Below are positions 12,301-26,170 of a DNA stretch of 64,000 bases, in pieces; the first letter of the stretch is position 1, and every line of letters begins with the position of its first letter. Position numbers and translations under genes: made by a program. The stretch comes from Asterias rubens (Eukaryota). Location of the stretch: positions 21,948,001 to 22,012,000 of the forward strand of contig NC_047062.1 of the NCBI RefSeq assembly GCF_902459465.1, read 5' to 3'. A model generated the notes under the pieces. That model did no database searches. It worked only from the letters and a program-made list of their open reading frames with translations, and was not told where the DNA came from.

Positions 12301-15300
12301 TATCCCTTGCGAATTTGAGACGTCAAAGTTTGTATCGCATTCACAGGAAGTATGGACCGGGCTTAAGCTATATCAGTCTATGGTTTCACTTGCAATATAC
12401 TACGTGTAGTTTGATTCAGTGGATTACTGCTCATGTTCTGTTGCTCCATTAGTTTGCTCGAATTTTGCAAAATCCAAATTGTACAGAATAAGGGTTAAAC
12501 TTGTACTTATATCTCTTCAAAGAGCAAGGTTATTTTTTTCTCAGTTGGTTGATACACTGCATTATTTCAACATCAACTGATAATAAAATATGATTTTCTT
12601 GCTAAGCAAATCTTAACGAGTTCAAAAGGGTCAAGACACAATGCCTGTGAGATACTATATTTCACAAAACCCAGTCCAACCAACTAGATAAAAAGCAAAC
12701 AAACATTTAAAAACTTTGTGCTTACTCTTGCCCACTTTAGGACAACAATGACGACGGTCCGAGGATGTCCAAGAAGAAGATGCGCAAGATGAATCGTCTG
12801 AGTGTGGCTGAGCTGAAGCAGCTTGTACACAGACCAGATGTGGTTGAGATGCACGACGTCACAGCCAGGGACCCTAAGCTTCTTGTCTATCTCAAGGTAA
12901 CCTGAATAATAATAATAATGGACACAGGGTTCTCCCCCATGCATAAAGCTAGCGTATCAGGCCAATACAATGGGAGACTTATGGACTGTCCTTTTCACAG
13001 TTCTTGCCATTAGTGCGCATGCTCAGACATACTTGTGCAATACTAGAGTGCACGCACGCTTAGAGCTGCAAAAAAGTACCGTTATGTCTGCTGCCACCAG
13101 CATCTCAAAACTCTCCAATTGCATGCCGATACGCACAAATTTCGGCCGATACGCCAACAATTTAGTTTCACAAAAATCATCATGAGAAAACCATTTAGAA
13201 TGCTCCAGATTGTACAGTAGGGTTTTTTTAGATGATCATCCCGTCAAGGGAGCTCGTCAAACTCCCACAAGGGAGTATCAAGAATATTTGAACTCACTTC
13301 TACATCCTACTGTTGTTATGTCTCTACACTTGTAACAATTGTAAATAACTGTCTTTGTTTTGTTTCTTGTTCTGTCAAAAACAAAAAATTTAATGAAACG
13401 AGGGTAGTGTTTTGGCAGTTGTAACCAATGACTGTTTTGGTTAAATTGGCCATTGGTTAATCAGTGGCCAATGACTAAAACAGCTTTTGGTTACGACCGC
13501 CAAAACACGACCCCAGATTCATGTTATCCTCAATCAACCTTGTGTTTATTTCTCACATGCTTTTATTTGACCATCTGCTATTTGCAGGCCTACAGGAACA
13601 CCGTGCCAGTGCCAAGACATTGGTGTTTCAAGCGGAAGTATCTACAGGGTAAACGAGGTATCGAGAAACCCCCCTTTGAGCTGCCAGAGTTCATCATGAG
13701 GACTGGCATCATGGAGATGAGACAAGCCCTGCAGGAAAAGGTAAACAACTAAATAAAAGACGCTTCTCATTCTAAGCCCACTTTCAAAAAGCTGTTTAGC
13801 AGAAAACACTGCTTGTAAATTTCTTTGCTATTAGCAAAAAAATTAGTGGGGCACCAGTTGCAACAAAGTAAACTTTATTGAGTTTTGGCTGGTAACTCGT
13901 TTCTGTTAAGCAAGATTTTTCTGTGCTTAGCAAGTTTTTAGCTGACGATCACCATTCTCCCCTTACAAACACCATTCTCCCTTACTTTGCAAGTGTCAAT
14001 ATTCGGTGCTAGCTGTGTAAGTGTAGTTTGCCTAGTAAGGGTTGAGAATTTAAAAAGTTTGAAATGTCTTGCATTTGGTAACATTATTTTTGTTTTTGTT
14101 TTGTTTGTATCAGGAAGAGCAGCAGACAATGAAGACTAAGATGAGACAAAAGGTCCGGCCCAAGATGGGAAAGATTGATATCGACTACCAGAAACTTCAT
14201 GACGCCTTCTTCAAGTATGTAGCATTTATCTCAATAGAGAACCCTTCACCCCATAAAAATACAAATTCTTAAGTTTTTAGGTATTAATTCAAGTGTAATT
14301 GTTGTATTTTATACCAGTTTTGCTTATCAGAATAAGTGAACCTGCTAGAGTTCTATATCACATACCCCACATGTGACTGTATCCTGCTCAACTTTGCCTT
14401 AAAGCAAACTGTTAAGCAATGTTTGTGGTCAAATTGAGAACAGATTGATGTTTTGAAGAAATGTACATGAAGTGATTAACTATGAATATGTGTTTTAAGA
14501 TGTTAAATTTGCATCAGGAATAAAGAATATTAATTTTGGTTTGACCCTTACTCTGATGTTTGTGGCATTGATACTTTCTTAGTACTTTCCCGAATTCTAT
14601 GAAACAATCACAGGCGCATTGTTTGATTGGGATTCAAGCCCACAACTCATGAATTATTATATTAATACGTGATTCTGTTTTTGAAACAGATGGCAAACCA
14701 AACCAAAGATGACCATCCATGGTGACCTGTACTATGAGGGGAAAGAGTTTGAGACAAGACTGAAAGAGAAGAAGCCAGGAGAGTTATCAGACGATCTCAA
14801 GACGGCTCTAGGGATGCCCATTGGTCCTGTAAGTCCATCTCAAATCTGACTCCTAATTAATAGTGCCCTTTCGAATTTAGCAGGATTTCCATTTAATAAT
14901 ATATCTTTTCATCTTCTCTTCGTTGTCGTCTTCATCTTTCTTTTCTAAATTATTATTTTATAATGTGTTTTTGCTTAACTCTTTCACATGCCGATCGGTC
15001 GCTAGAGACTGATTTTTAAATCCATTCCGAAAAATGGTTGTAAAAAATATATATTAGATATATAGATCGCCTGACCACATATACGGTTTCAGAAAGGGAA
15101 ACAGGACTCTTGAGGGTGCTATTTAGACTTGTTTTGGGTGGTTGTCATTTGCAAAAGCAACTAGGAAACATTTAATATGTTCATATGATCAATTTATCAC
15201 TAAAAATTAATGGTGCTAAAAAGTAATTTCTAATTAAAAAAAATTATAATTGGATGCAATTTTAACTCTTAAACTCACGACTCTATGAACAGTAGTAGCC

Positions 15301-18300
15301 ATTCAAAGGGACATTTCACTATTTGCATAATTGTGTTTATGTTTAAGTAATGAACATTTTGTTGTCATAATTTCTAGATGTTGGGGTCTGATTCCATTGT
15401 CGTGTTCATTTTTATCCCGCGTCCCAAGGCGTAATTCATACATACTATGTGCACTACTTCAAAAGTTTGCAATAAATTCTGTTACATTTTTCTTCACACA
15501 GAATTCCTTGAAGTACCCACCGCCTTGGCTGATCGCAATGCAGAGGTACGGGCCGCCACCCTCCTACCCTAATCTGAAGATTCCAGGGCTCAATGCACCC
15601 ATCCCAGAGGTAAGAAAGACCCCATAATCCTTCAAAATTATTAATGGTAGCAATACCAGAAAGCTGGAGGTCTGACTTCTCTGTGAACTGGAAACATATT
15701 TCACAGGTTAGCAAGAAAATTAAGGGGACAGCTTGCACATTCTCCATGGATTTGTATTGTTAAGTCATTCTTTGCTTACAGTAACCGCTGGAAGGTTAAC
15801 ATGCCTTTAACAGTGCTGTGAAATGGAAATAACACAGTAAGGACAAAATCAGCCGCTAAGCAACTGTTGAATTAAGGCCCACATTTAAAAGATACTATAG
15901 TTTTCTCCAAATTTTGTACCGAGTCTATTTACAGTAATTAACTGTCTGCAAAGCACTCGTAAATATAATGTGCTCAATCACTCCTATAACCATTTCTTCA
16001 TTTGATTATTCTCATTTCAGACTTGCTCCTTCGGTTATCACGCTGGAGGATGGGGTAAGCCGCCAGTTGATGAAATGGGTAAACCCTTGTATGGAGATGT
16101 CTTTGGTACCAATGCAGGAGATTTCAAGGTAAAACAAATAAAGCCATATTAAAGCTGGAAATAATTTTGGGGTGCTCGATTGGGATGTTGGATTCTTAGA
16201 TTTTGGTAGAATGCATTCAATCAAATTATTCTGAAAGCGTTTCATAATTAATCGGGTGTCATGGCTGAGTGGTTGAGAGCAACAAACTCAAAGTTCTGGT
16301 AGTTAAGTCATCAGAGTGTGGGTTTGAATCCCGGTCGTGACACTTGTGTCCTTCAGCAAGATACTTTACTAATATTGCTTCTCTTCACCCAGCGGTATAA
16401 AGATGGGTACCTGTGAGGGTAGAGGTTTAAATTGAGTATGAAAAAAAGCCTTTGGAGTGCCACGGCAGCTGAGGAATGTTATTGGCTCAATGACCAGGGC
16501 ACTACATTATTGTGAAATGTGATATATAAGAAATAGCTGTTATTATTATTAACTATATGTTACACATTTTCAATACACAACTTCTTTGTTGGACAATGGA
16601 CTTATAGACCTGTTAGTTGTGTTTCTCTTGTCCGTTCATTTTTGTTCATTTTTGTCTTCAGGAGGAAGAAGAAGAAGAAGAGGTTGACCACACCCGATGG
16701 GGTGAGCTAGAGAGCGAGTCAGAGGAATCTTCCTCCGAGGAAGAGAGCGAAGAGGAGGAGGATGGGGAGGTTGATGAGACGGGTCTTATCACGCCGGCAG
16801 ACGGGTAAGTCTCATCTCACTATAGATTCTGTATGTCCTGGGAGGAAAAGTCGTTGATAAGTGGCAACCATGTTGTAATGTCTTCTTTTTCGGTAGAGAT
16901 GAACCAGAGCACTGAAGACTTAAGAAACTAGAGCCATGATGGTATGTCTCCATTGATTGACCTCAGCGATCGGCAGCCTATGCAAGCTTACAAACTTGTG
17001 ACCACTGGTCGAAATCTGTATACTAAATAAATGAGACTTGAGACAATGATGCATGGGACAAACTCAGACAGCAGTCGGCTGGAGAAATTAAGGAGAAAAG
17101 CATTTTGTAAAGAATCATTAAATGACCACTGACTACTGAACATTAAATGAACACTTGTCACATTATTTATGAGCATCCATAGATAGGAATTTCCAGCATT
17201 TGCAGCACCACTGTGTAACTGTTTCTCTACTAAGTGGTGATAGTTCTGAGTGGTGATAGTTCTGAAAAGATAGAGTGATGATTATTTTTACTCATGCTTT
17301 TCCACTGAAGACTGTCCAAGAACATCGATCGAAACGTCAATTTCTTTCACCACAAGTCCTTTTCAAAACCACTACAACTCAACAAAGGATAATTGCAAAG
17401 TGTTCAAAACCTTGATTGTTTTCCCACCATGCAAAGATTAAAACCAAGTTAAGGGTTGTTTTATTTTTAAAACACTGATGCATCTTTAAAAGCAATTTAC
17501 TAACAACGCCTTTCTTTTTATTTCCTCACTACTAGTGGTTTGATCACTCCCAGCGGCCTGACCTCAATCCCGGCTGGCATGGAGACACCCGAGATGATCG
17601 AACTCCGCAAGAGGAAGATCGAGGACGCCATGGACCAGGGAGGCGAGACCCCGTCACTGTACACCATCCTCCCTGAGACGCGAACATCAGTGGGCGGGGC
17701 CATGATGGGATCAGCCCACGTCTACGACACATCAGCGGTGAGTAGAGTTTAGATCTCGAGCTTTGTTCTTACCACCTGTCAATGGCAAGCAAACAGTTTA
17801 GCAGTTTTGCAACCTTTCAATGAAAAATACCAAAACATGACTGGTTGCTTTGTTTCCAACAATTTCAATTTCGTGTATCATTTATTTAGGCATGATATTT
17901 TCTTTATACTTAAGTCTGATTTCTGATATTATTTGTTTCCCTTACAAAAATCAGAATAATTGTGACTAAATAGCCTAAAAAGTCTATGAAAGCCTACATT
18001 AGATGTGTACATGTAGGTCAGCCGATGTACTCAATAAAATATTCCTTCTATATCCAAGGACCAAATATCATGTCTGATAATTACAAACTATGGCTATCTG
18101 GTTTCACTTTGCATTTATGGCTTCCAACCTTGGTTGGCAAAAACTCACTGCAATAGAAAGGTTTATTGAAATTTTGATTTGTACAGTTTCTGACCATTTT
18201 GTTTAAAAACATGATTTCAAATTGAGTATATTAAAACTGGACTATTTGACCCTTTGATTACTGTAGGCCAAGAAGGTTGGAGGGACTGCCGAGGGTGTGG

Positions 18301-21300
18301 CCATCACCCTGGACCCCAGCGAGCTGGATCTGGATACAGCAGCAATGGCGGCCAAGTAAGTCAATTTCAATCTATTCAGAAATCTTATCTATTTTGCAGC
18401 TCAAACGTTTCTGGTTTTGTATATACCGACTCGTTTAAAGGCACCGGACGCTGTTGGTAATTGTAATAAGATAATTGTGAGCATAAAAACTTGGTAACGA
18501 ACCATGGAGAGCTATTGATAGCATAAAACAATGTGAGAAACGGCTCCCTCTGAAGTAATGTTGTTTTCGAGAAAGTGATTAATTCTTTTTCAAATAATAA
18601 AAGACTTCAGGACTTCACTTGATACTTGTGTTTTTGAGCAAGACACTTAATCTTCTTCTTCATAATTACTTTGCCCTTCAGATGGGACGTAAAGGTGTAG
18701 GTCCTGTGTGTTGTTTAATGTCGGTATTAAAGACACTGGACACTATTGGTAATTGTCAAAGACTATTGGTAAATGAAACCAATACAATTCCTAAATTGTC
18801 AGATGCATCTGAAGTCTCACTCTCATCTATTTCTTTCTTTGAATGTTTCAGATATGAGCAGCAAGTACGAGAGCAACAGAGTCAGCTTGAGAAGGAAGAC
18901 TTCAGTGACATGGTGGCTGAGCATGCCGCTAAGCAAAAGGTAAGCTGGTAATCTGTGTCTGTGCTAAGCTTTATTTGTTGTATTAAACAGCAGTAAAAGA
19001 TATTTGGCTCCAACGAATTTTATGGTGTCTGCTTTTTACGTTGTCCTTTTTTATGTATACTGCCCTCTTCTGGTTGATTCAAGAGATGTGGCAAATCAAT
19101 CAATGATTTGACACTAGTTGTTTGTTTTTGAAAAATCAATGGGGAAACATAACGGCTGAGAATGGCCCTAGAGGTGAAAGAAATTATTGATGTTTTATGC
19201 TGTGTTGCATTATCTAATTTGTACAACATTGATTCTATGCTAATATTGAAAATGTGATTTTACTTCATGTGATTTCGTCTGAGATTCAATGATCGTTTGC
19301 ATACACTTTCTATATTCATTTAATTTGTGGTTTGATTTACCTGCTTTAACCATTTGCATATTGTGATGTGGCTTGCAATAATTTCACATGTATTGTGTGT
19401 GCAAACCTAACGTGGACAACATTGATACTTTGTATATATTGAGAATGTGGTTTTACTTCATGTGAATTTATTCTGAGATTCAATGATCATTTGCATACAC
19501 TTTGAATACTCATATAAATGAGTGATTTGATTTACCTGCTTTAACTATTTGCATATTGTGATGAAGGCTGCAATATATTATTTGTGTGTGCAAACCTTAT
19601 AATGTTACCTTTGTGATTTTTATGTGTTTCTGACCTTGCTGTAATAATGTTATGTCACTGCTTCTGAAAGGGATTGATACACGATTGGCTTTAAGAAGAG
19701 TATATATATTCCAATTTGGTTTTTTTAGGGTGTTTATTTCTCTCCTGATACAAAGTGCTGAATTATTGATTGGTAATTAACCATCAGATAATTTTTGCAA
19801 CATTGATAACTTCTCGAATCTCAGTTTAAAACAGGAAAATACACTTTTTTAAGGCAGATCCATGATGGAACAATAAACTGTAAATGTCAGAACTGCTGAG
19901 TTGTTTTCCATTTTCAAGTCAGCTACATGTTTCAAAAATCAGTTGTGTATCTTTTCAAGTAGTTGACCTTCAGAAATAGCGCCATATAAAACCTGAACAA
20001 AACCGCACAGAGAGTTTTAAAAAAGTGGTTGATTTTCTGATTTATATTTTGCAATAATAAACCTGCATGTTTAATCAGGGAAAGGATTTGTGGTTACAAT
20101 ACCTCTTTGGCAATATCAATAGACCGTTACTTCCTTGTGGAGTAAATTGAATTTCATTTATACTTCACTTTAGAAATCCCATGTTTCTTACATGAATGCC
20201 TGTGTTTTTTTTTTTTCCCAATCTGATTAACCTCTGCGTGGGCTTTTTGTACCTTATATGCCATGGTTTTGTGGGACTCGTTTCACAAGAATTTATGGTT
20301 TATTTTAAGGGAGCGTTGAATTAGATCATTGAAAATGCACCATCTGTTGTTATTTTCATAGTTTCGTTTTGTGTTTTTTTTTTCAGTTAGGGTTTGTACA
20401 TGTAGGGCCCCTTGCTAAAAAGGACCCCTGGAAAATGTGATTACTTTATGGTGCTGTGGGTTTTTGGCGCATTTTTTTTTTTTTCATTTATTTTTCTCTC
20501 TCTCTCAATAATTACTGAATCAGGAATAGATATAAGCTATCAGTGGAAAAAACACACAATTCCTAACACCCTAAAATCAATACAATCCCTCTCTCAATCA
20601 GCACCATGAAAAGGATAATATATTGGATTTGTAATTTGTTTGTAATGGTTTTATAATTTGTTTATGTCTGTGACTCAATATTACAAATTTTACAATGAAC
20701 TTGATTGTGCGCCCTTGGTGTTCTGGCCAGATGTTGTTGTTTTGTCTATAATTTGTATTTCTATAATTGGCAATTTGTTTCGAACAAAGGGTAATTTTAC
20801 AGCTTAAAATGCATGAAATTACTCCCATTCCATCTATTCACATTTATTTTTCTAGAATGTAAATTTTCCATCAAAACTTTCTGATTATGAATGAACTGTT
20901 TAATTTTTAAATGATTTTGGGGGTTTTATTTTTTATTCATGCCATTTCTGCCCAAGTTTTTATAGGCCTAGTATTTTGTTGTAAATATGAGGGCACTGAG
21001 TGAATGATAAATTGTGCTGGATAGGTCGCCCTCGTTAAATATTGTTCAAATTGGTACGTGTATATTTCCCTCATAGTTAACGACAGAAATATGCAAGTAG
21101 GCCTATGTATGCAATTTTTGTAATGGTGATTAAACATACTTACTATGTGCACATGTGGTTTGTGGTTTTAATTTAGTGTATTCACTTCCCATTTCTCGTT
21201 CCGTCATTAATCAATAAAATTTGTTGTCTCTACTTCCTTTTTTCAGAACAAGAGAAAGAAGCAGAACCAAGACAGCGGAAAAGCAGCAAAGAAATACAAA

Positions 21301-21315
21301 GAATTTAAATTCTAG
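3310..21315 (+). CDS. SF3B2: Splicing factor 3B subunit 2 (SAP145), ~1278 aa, 21 coding exons
   Basis: Exons: 3310-3394, 6656-6721, 7187-7230, 7823-9229, 9378-9525, 10102-10251, 10879(or 10876)-10986, 11295-11434, 11665-11868, 12029-12157, 12741-12896, 13588-13740, 14114-14214, 14690-14828, 15502-15609, 16021-16128, 16662-16804, 17536-17737, 18267-18355, 18852-18939, 21247-21315. All phases are consistent (3837 nt). N-terminal SAP motif (LRVVDLRERLQQLGLGTSGLKNDLVERL). Hallmark SF3B2 sequences: RPDVVEMHDVTA, VPVPRHWCFKRKYLQGKRGIEKPPFELP, KIDIDYQKLHDAFFKWQ, PPWLIAMQRYGPPPSYPNLKIPG, EDFSDMVAEHAAKQK and C-terminal KKYKEFKF. The small exons 3 and 5-6 are less certain. Confidence 0.97.
3695..3826. 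mobile_element. Hairpin MITE, copy 2 (SF3B2 intron 1)
   Basis: Near-identical to 2377-2508, same orientation. Confidence 0.85.
5014..6502. repeat. Minisatellite, 70-73 bp unit, ~20 copies, in SF3B2 intron 1
   Basis: Unit CCGTCCTGTACCACTACCTTACACAACTCCTACTTCTCTGTACAAAATGTACCCCTAACTTACCCAGCTCTTA; strongly G-poor on the plus strand. Confidence 0.97.
9570..9960. mobile_element. Abutting MITEs of a GGGCCCAATTTCAT-terminated family
   Basis: Termini CCAGGGTCCAATTTCATAAAGCTGCT and AGCAGCTCTAAGAAATTGGGCCC. Related ends occur at ~10725, ~34450, ~37300 and ~62625. Confidence 0.55.
16254..16550 (+). mobile_element. tRNA-derived SINE with a CORE-like central domain
   Basis: Head TGGCTGAGTGGTT...GGTTTGAATCCC, then CTTGTGTCCTTCAGCAAGATACTT...CTCTTCACCCAGCGGTATAAAGATGGGTACC. 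Related pieces lie at ~18625 (+) and ~49860-49945 (-). Confidence 0.65.
19220..19610. repeat. Two-copy tandem duplication of ~195 bp in the last SF3B2 intron
   Basis: ACAACATTGAT...TTTTACTTCATGTGA...CTGAGATTCAATGATC...GATTTACCTGCTTTAAC...GTGTGTGCAAACCT appears twice. Confidence 0.85.
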
Positions 21316-21451
21316 AAACAGTCAGGGTGGTATTTTGTATTTTTGTTTTCAAAGATCGTTAGTAGAGCTGTTTGTTACCCCCCCCCCCCACCCCAAGTAA
21401 AATTCTTCTGGGTAAATAGTAAATGTTGGGCTAACAATATTTCTTTGCAAG

Positions 21452-21525
21452 CTCAGTGGTCTAGTGGTAAAACCTTTTCTCTAGAATGGCAAAGGCCGCG
21501 GGTTGGAATCCCACCTGAGTAATAA
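21452..21525 (+). pseudogene. Degenerate tRNA-like sequence (SINE head or tRNA pseudogene) in the SF3B2 3' UTR
   Basis: GCTCAG...CTGAGT acceptor-like stem, GGTCTAGTGGTA D-loop/A-box and GGGTTGGAATCCC mutated T-loop. The anticodon arm is irregular. Confidence 0.5.
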
Positions 21526-22487
21526 CAACATGGGATTTTTTTTTTACAAGGGGAAGTACAGGGGAATGTAACAAGCTTAGCACACAGCAATGTATTGTTG
21601 AAACACAAATATATGTAATATTCTTTATCCCGATGCAAAGCACTTCGAAACGGTTTGGGTTTGGGCCAGTGTTGGTGAAGGAGGGAAAATGTGTCTGTGA
21701 TTTGGTTAGATTGTTTGTTTTTTTGTGGTTTTTATTTTAGCTTAGCTGTAAATTTATCTGTGGCATCATTATACATGTTTCCTCTTCATCACCTGATACT
21801 GTACTAGGTCGTTTATACTGTATAAAGAATTAATCTTGAAGCATATTTTCCATTCCTAGAGGTACATGTAATACCCAGGGACTGGTTTTGTTTTTTTAAA
21901 TCAAGAAGTAAATTTGATTTTCCCCTGGCAGGTCAATTTTTATAAGGTTGGCTTGTGAACAATTTTGCCAAGCACAGACAAATCTAGTCTGTATATTAGG
22001 AGGAATTAGCATTCTCCCTGATTCTGCATAAAGTTTCCTGAAAATAAACCAATCTTTGCATATTCAGATGGGCAAATTTGAAAACTCACTTATTACGAAA
22101 CTTCTCCCTATTATGTTGAATGTAATTCTAAATATCTCACTGATTGTTGTCCACAGTCTTCTTGATTGCAAGATCCAAATGTTTGGCAGAGCTAAATTGG
22201 TCTTCTAGCCAGAATGTGTATTATACACCCAAGCATGATTTTCTTCCTACTTCAATCTGATTTCCTGGTTGGTGGTTTGGGTTTTTTTTTTGCCCTGAAA
22301 GAACAAATCACGGAAGTTATTAACAAATAGTCTGAAAAGCCTGTCTAAACTCGTTCTCACAATAAAAAGTGTTCTACTTTTTTTTCCAAGGGTCAGATAT
22401 CTATCTGCCTGGTACCTCAAGTACGTGGTGGTTGCATGGTGTGAATTTCCTTCTGAAGAATCTCTAGCTTGATAAAAACCAAGACCA

Positions 22488-22575
22488 GGGGTGGATTTCA
22501 CAAAGGTAGTCCTAACTTAGGGGTAGTCCTAACTTAGGACTAGTCCTAGGCAATGCTAAGAGATATGACTGGTCC
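22488..22575. mobile_element. Fragment of a GGGGTGGATTTCACAAAG-type MITE; related copy at ~54445-54540
   Basis: Shared TTTCACAAAG...TCCTAACTTAGGACTAGTCCTAG. The 54 kb copy ends in CTTTGTAAAATCCACCCC, the inverse of this start. Confidence 0.55.
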
Positions 22576-25500
22576 TAAGTCATAAACACTGGAAAATGGC
22601 AGTGTTTGAGATTATTTAGTTGGAGTTTAGAAAACGAAAACAAGTTTCGATTTAGGAAGTTTTCCTATTTGTGTCTATCATGCCAAATGCTGTACTTGGA
22701 CTATAAAAACTTTGCTTCGGAATACATAAATGAAGAAATTATGTTGTTAAAATGTACTATTAATGTACCGTCTCAATAAGCTGGTTTGAAATAAAATGGT
22801 GAAGCCACACGTACTGAACAGGAATTTTAAATAACTGTTTTTAAGCTGGTTGTCGTCCTAGTGTTTCATGATGTTGAAACTCCTATATGGTGTTTGCACG
22901 TAGTTATTTGAATAGTCTGTTTATTTTCCACGTGGAAACATACGTTGGTCATTATTTTATTTCGAAGCGTGGGAGGGAAAAACGCCCTAAACGAATAAAG
23001 TGCGTTCAGCAGAGCGTAGCTTCATATTATGCCGAGAGTGGCCTGGTGCCATTCCATGTTGAAGCCCTGCAAATACGTGGTCTTTGTGGTAGGTTTTTGT
23101 TGCTGGTGCTTGCTTGCACAGACAATCAATCATTTTTTCCATATTTTGAAAGAATTTAATGAAGTTTTCATTTGTGCATTTTTCGTATTTCTCTCTATGT
23201 CAGTGTAAAGGCACTGGACACTATTGGTAATCACATCAATTAATGTTTAGCAAAAAAAAACCTTGGTAACGAGCAATGGAGAGCTGTTGATAGTATTACA
23301 CATTGTGAGAAACGGCTTCTATGACTGTAAGGCCTTTTATTAGGCATCTGAAAGCACACACATTTGTGCAAGAAGGGTGGTTTTCTTTGATTATTCTCTT
23401 GCATCTTCGATGACCAATTGAGTCCAAATTTTTACAGATTTGTTATGTTGTGCATGGGGCCTACCTGCGAGGGTAGAGGTTGATATTGTGTTGGAAAAAA
23501 ACTTTCGAAAAAAAAACAGCATTCCTGGGATGTATAATCCCAGGGAGCTGAGAAAGATTACAGGAATATTATTGGCAAAATTACCAGGGCACTGAAAAGC
23601 GCATTGATGCATGGAATTGTTAATTTGTCCTGATTGGAACCCACTTTGTTTGAAACCTCGCCATGTGTGGGAAATTACCCACCAAAGCACTCGATTCGTA
23701 TTCGGGATTTGATAAATCGAAGTCGTCACGTAGGCCCTATTATATGAAAAGGCTCAGAATGAAGTGCAATTAAACCTTTACTGCTCAGTTTTGATGAGTT
23801 TTTCTTGTGTCTGTGGTGCGGTTTTGCGAGGCACTGGACACGTTTGGTGATTACCCAAATCAGCATAAAAACTGTCTTGGTAACGAGCAATGGAGAGATT
23901 TGATAGTAGGCCTGTTGTAACACATTGTGAGAAACGACTCCCTTCGAAGTAACGTAGTGTTTGAGAGAGAGAGTTCATTATTCTCACTATAAAAAAAAAT
24001 AATCTGAGAAAGATTTCAGGCCCGAAGCATTTTTCCGGGCATCTGACAACAGGGTTATTTTTCTTGCATTATTTTCTTGCAACTTCGATGCCTAATTTTG
24101 AACCAACTTTTTTACAGATTTGTTTTTTTTGTGTGCATAAATGTTAGGATACCCCAAGTGAGAATACTGGTCTTTGACAATTACCAAATCGTGTCCAGTG
24201 CTAATGTATAGTGCCCGTTTGATTTCAGTCGCGGTAGGCCCCTACATCAAAATAACTGCCTTGCATTATATTATATTATATTATATTATATTAGATTATA
24301 ATGTCCAATATTAATCTACCGTAATAATAAATTCCATAATTGAAACCTCATCTGGAATCACAATGTACGTTTTATTAATTATGTGAACCTATGCATGGAC
24401 GCCAAAATCCACAAAGACTTCAATTAATATGCGTCGCGTGACATTTAGTTGTTTAATCAGTGTTAACAGCTCTTGTTTGTCAATCTCCATGTTATGGACA
24501 TTATATACCGTCACCCACGATGGCATGAGATTGAGTGAAAGCAGGTCAAAGTTTTGAGCCATTGGTGTATGTAGTGGAAATTTGTTGATTTTCAGCAATT
24601 TATGGGTTTTGTTTGTTATACAACACGTCAACTAGGTGGAAAAGGTTCTGCCATAAGTAATGTGTCCAAAGACTATGTATTAATCCTATAAATGTAGATA
24701 TACAGCAACACTGATAGCAAGAGCAAAATTTAATTTTCAAAAGCGTTTTTGTCTTCTTTTTTTCTTTAGAGATATCGCCGAAAATCATCTGGAGCGAATA
24801 CTGTCCATGCTGGAAGAATAATCCATAGGAACACACAATCTGATAAGCGTTACTGTCGTGATTATTCAAACTGGTCCATAAAAACTGTTTCTTTTCCAAT
24901 AAGCCCATACGCTAATGCCCCTAACCAAAGTTGTTTTTACTGCCATTAATTTAAAGAGTGGTTACCAAACGTAAGGCATTCCTTTTAATTAAATCCAATA
25001 ATAAATGAACCAAATTGGGTAGTGATGTGTGTATTATCAATATGGATGTGGCGAAAAGAGAACCCTTATTTTAGAATTTGGAAAACACACCGAATCTGAG
25101 TTTGCTATTTTAACTAATAGCACATTATTAATCTTAATATCTGCACTTTTGGGACCCCCCCCCCCCAATTCTTCTGACGAGTTTCTGTACCATGTCGTGA
25201 CTTGCCATTGATGGTTCCAATAAAAAGCGAACCCGGAAAATCGTTTAAAAAAAATATATAGCCATTATTTTGTTATAGGTTAGCGCTGAAAAAGACTGCC
25301 TCAACCCTTTGAGGAAGTATACGTTGAACAAAGGGATGGAGGGGGTCCATCAACCAAAACAAATGATGTCATATTTGACGGGGGGGGGGGGGGGTTTCTG
25401 GAAGTTTGCCGAGTTTGTTGTCCATGGGAACATTATTTATGCGTCTCCTGAAACTACAATTGCTATTGTTGTCAACGAACCCAAACACTTTTCTACGAGC

Positions 25501-26170
25501 TCATATTTTTTTTTTTTAGACGGATGAATACAACTTATAAATACAGGATTGAAAGGATGGGGTAAGAAGGTTGGACGTGAGGTTTTTTTTTTATGGTTCA
25601 TTTTGCAGTCTGCTTGGCGGGGGGAAACGTGTGTCTAGATGCACAACAAAACCACACTACGTCAGTGCACTAACGGTAACCGTGGCACTCCCATAAATGA
25701 TGACATCAAATAATAGCACACGGCAGGTGCGATGTCTGTTCGTCCTCCCGCCGTTGTGATTAAATAGTTCAGTGTAATCAGTCATGTACAGAATTGACAA
25801 CTTTTCATGCTTCAACTGTTCAACCCCTTCGTCTAAAAATAATTTTGCAAAACATGTTTCGAGTTTCCTCCATGTTAAAAGGATCTGTATATATGTTTTG
25901 TAATGACTATGAAAATCAATGTGAATAAAAACTAACTTGGTAGAAGTACAGCTGCAACTTTGTATGAGAAACTTATCATTACTGCAGTTATGGAAAAAAA
26001 TATCACTTGTAAAATTGTTTTTCCCCAATTTGAATCTGAGAAGCGTTACTGATGGTAACGTTTCTCAGATTGTGTATTCTATTAGCAGTGTGTTTTTGGA
26101 CATTAATTGCTCCCGATTTTTGACGATATCTCGACAACGCTACCACTTTTGAAAAGAAACCTTCACATGC

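Noticed and set aside
16909-16930. CTGAAGA...GAAACTA hammerhead-like string
   Set aside because: No stem II and no family flanking sequence; probably chance.
19558-19635. C/D snoRNA candidate (GTGATGA...CTGA)
   Set aside because: Terminal stem is weak, no recognisable rRNA/snRNA guide, and the duplicate copy lacks the C box.
24380-24910. Short ORFs and an acceptor-like site between SF3B2 and the GPI-peptide gene
   Set aside because: No coherent exon chain or homology could be built.
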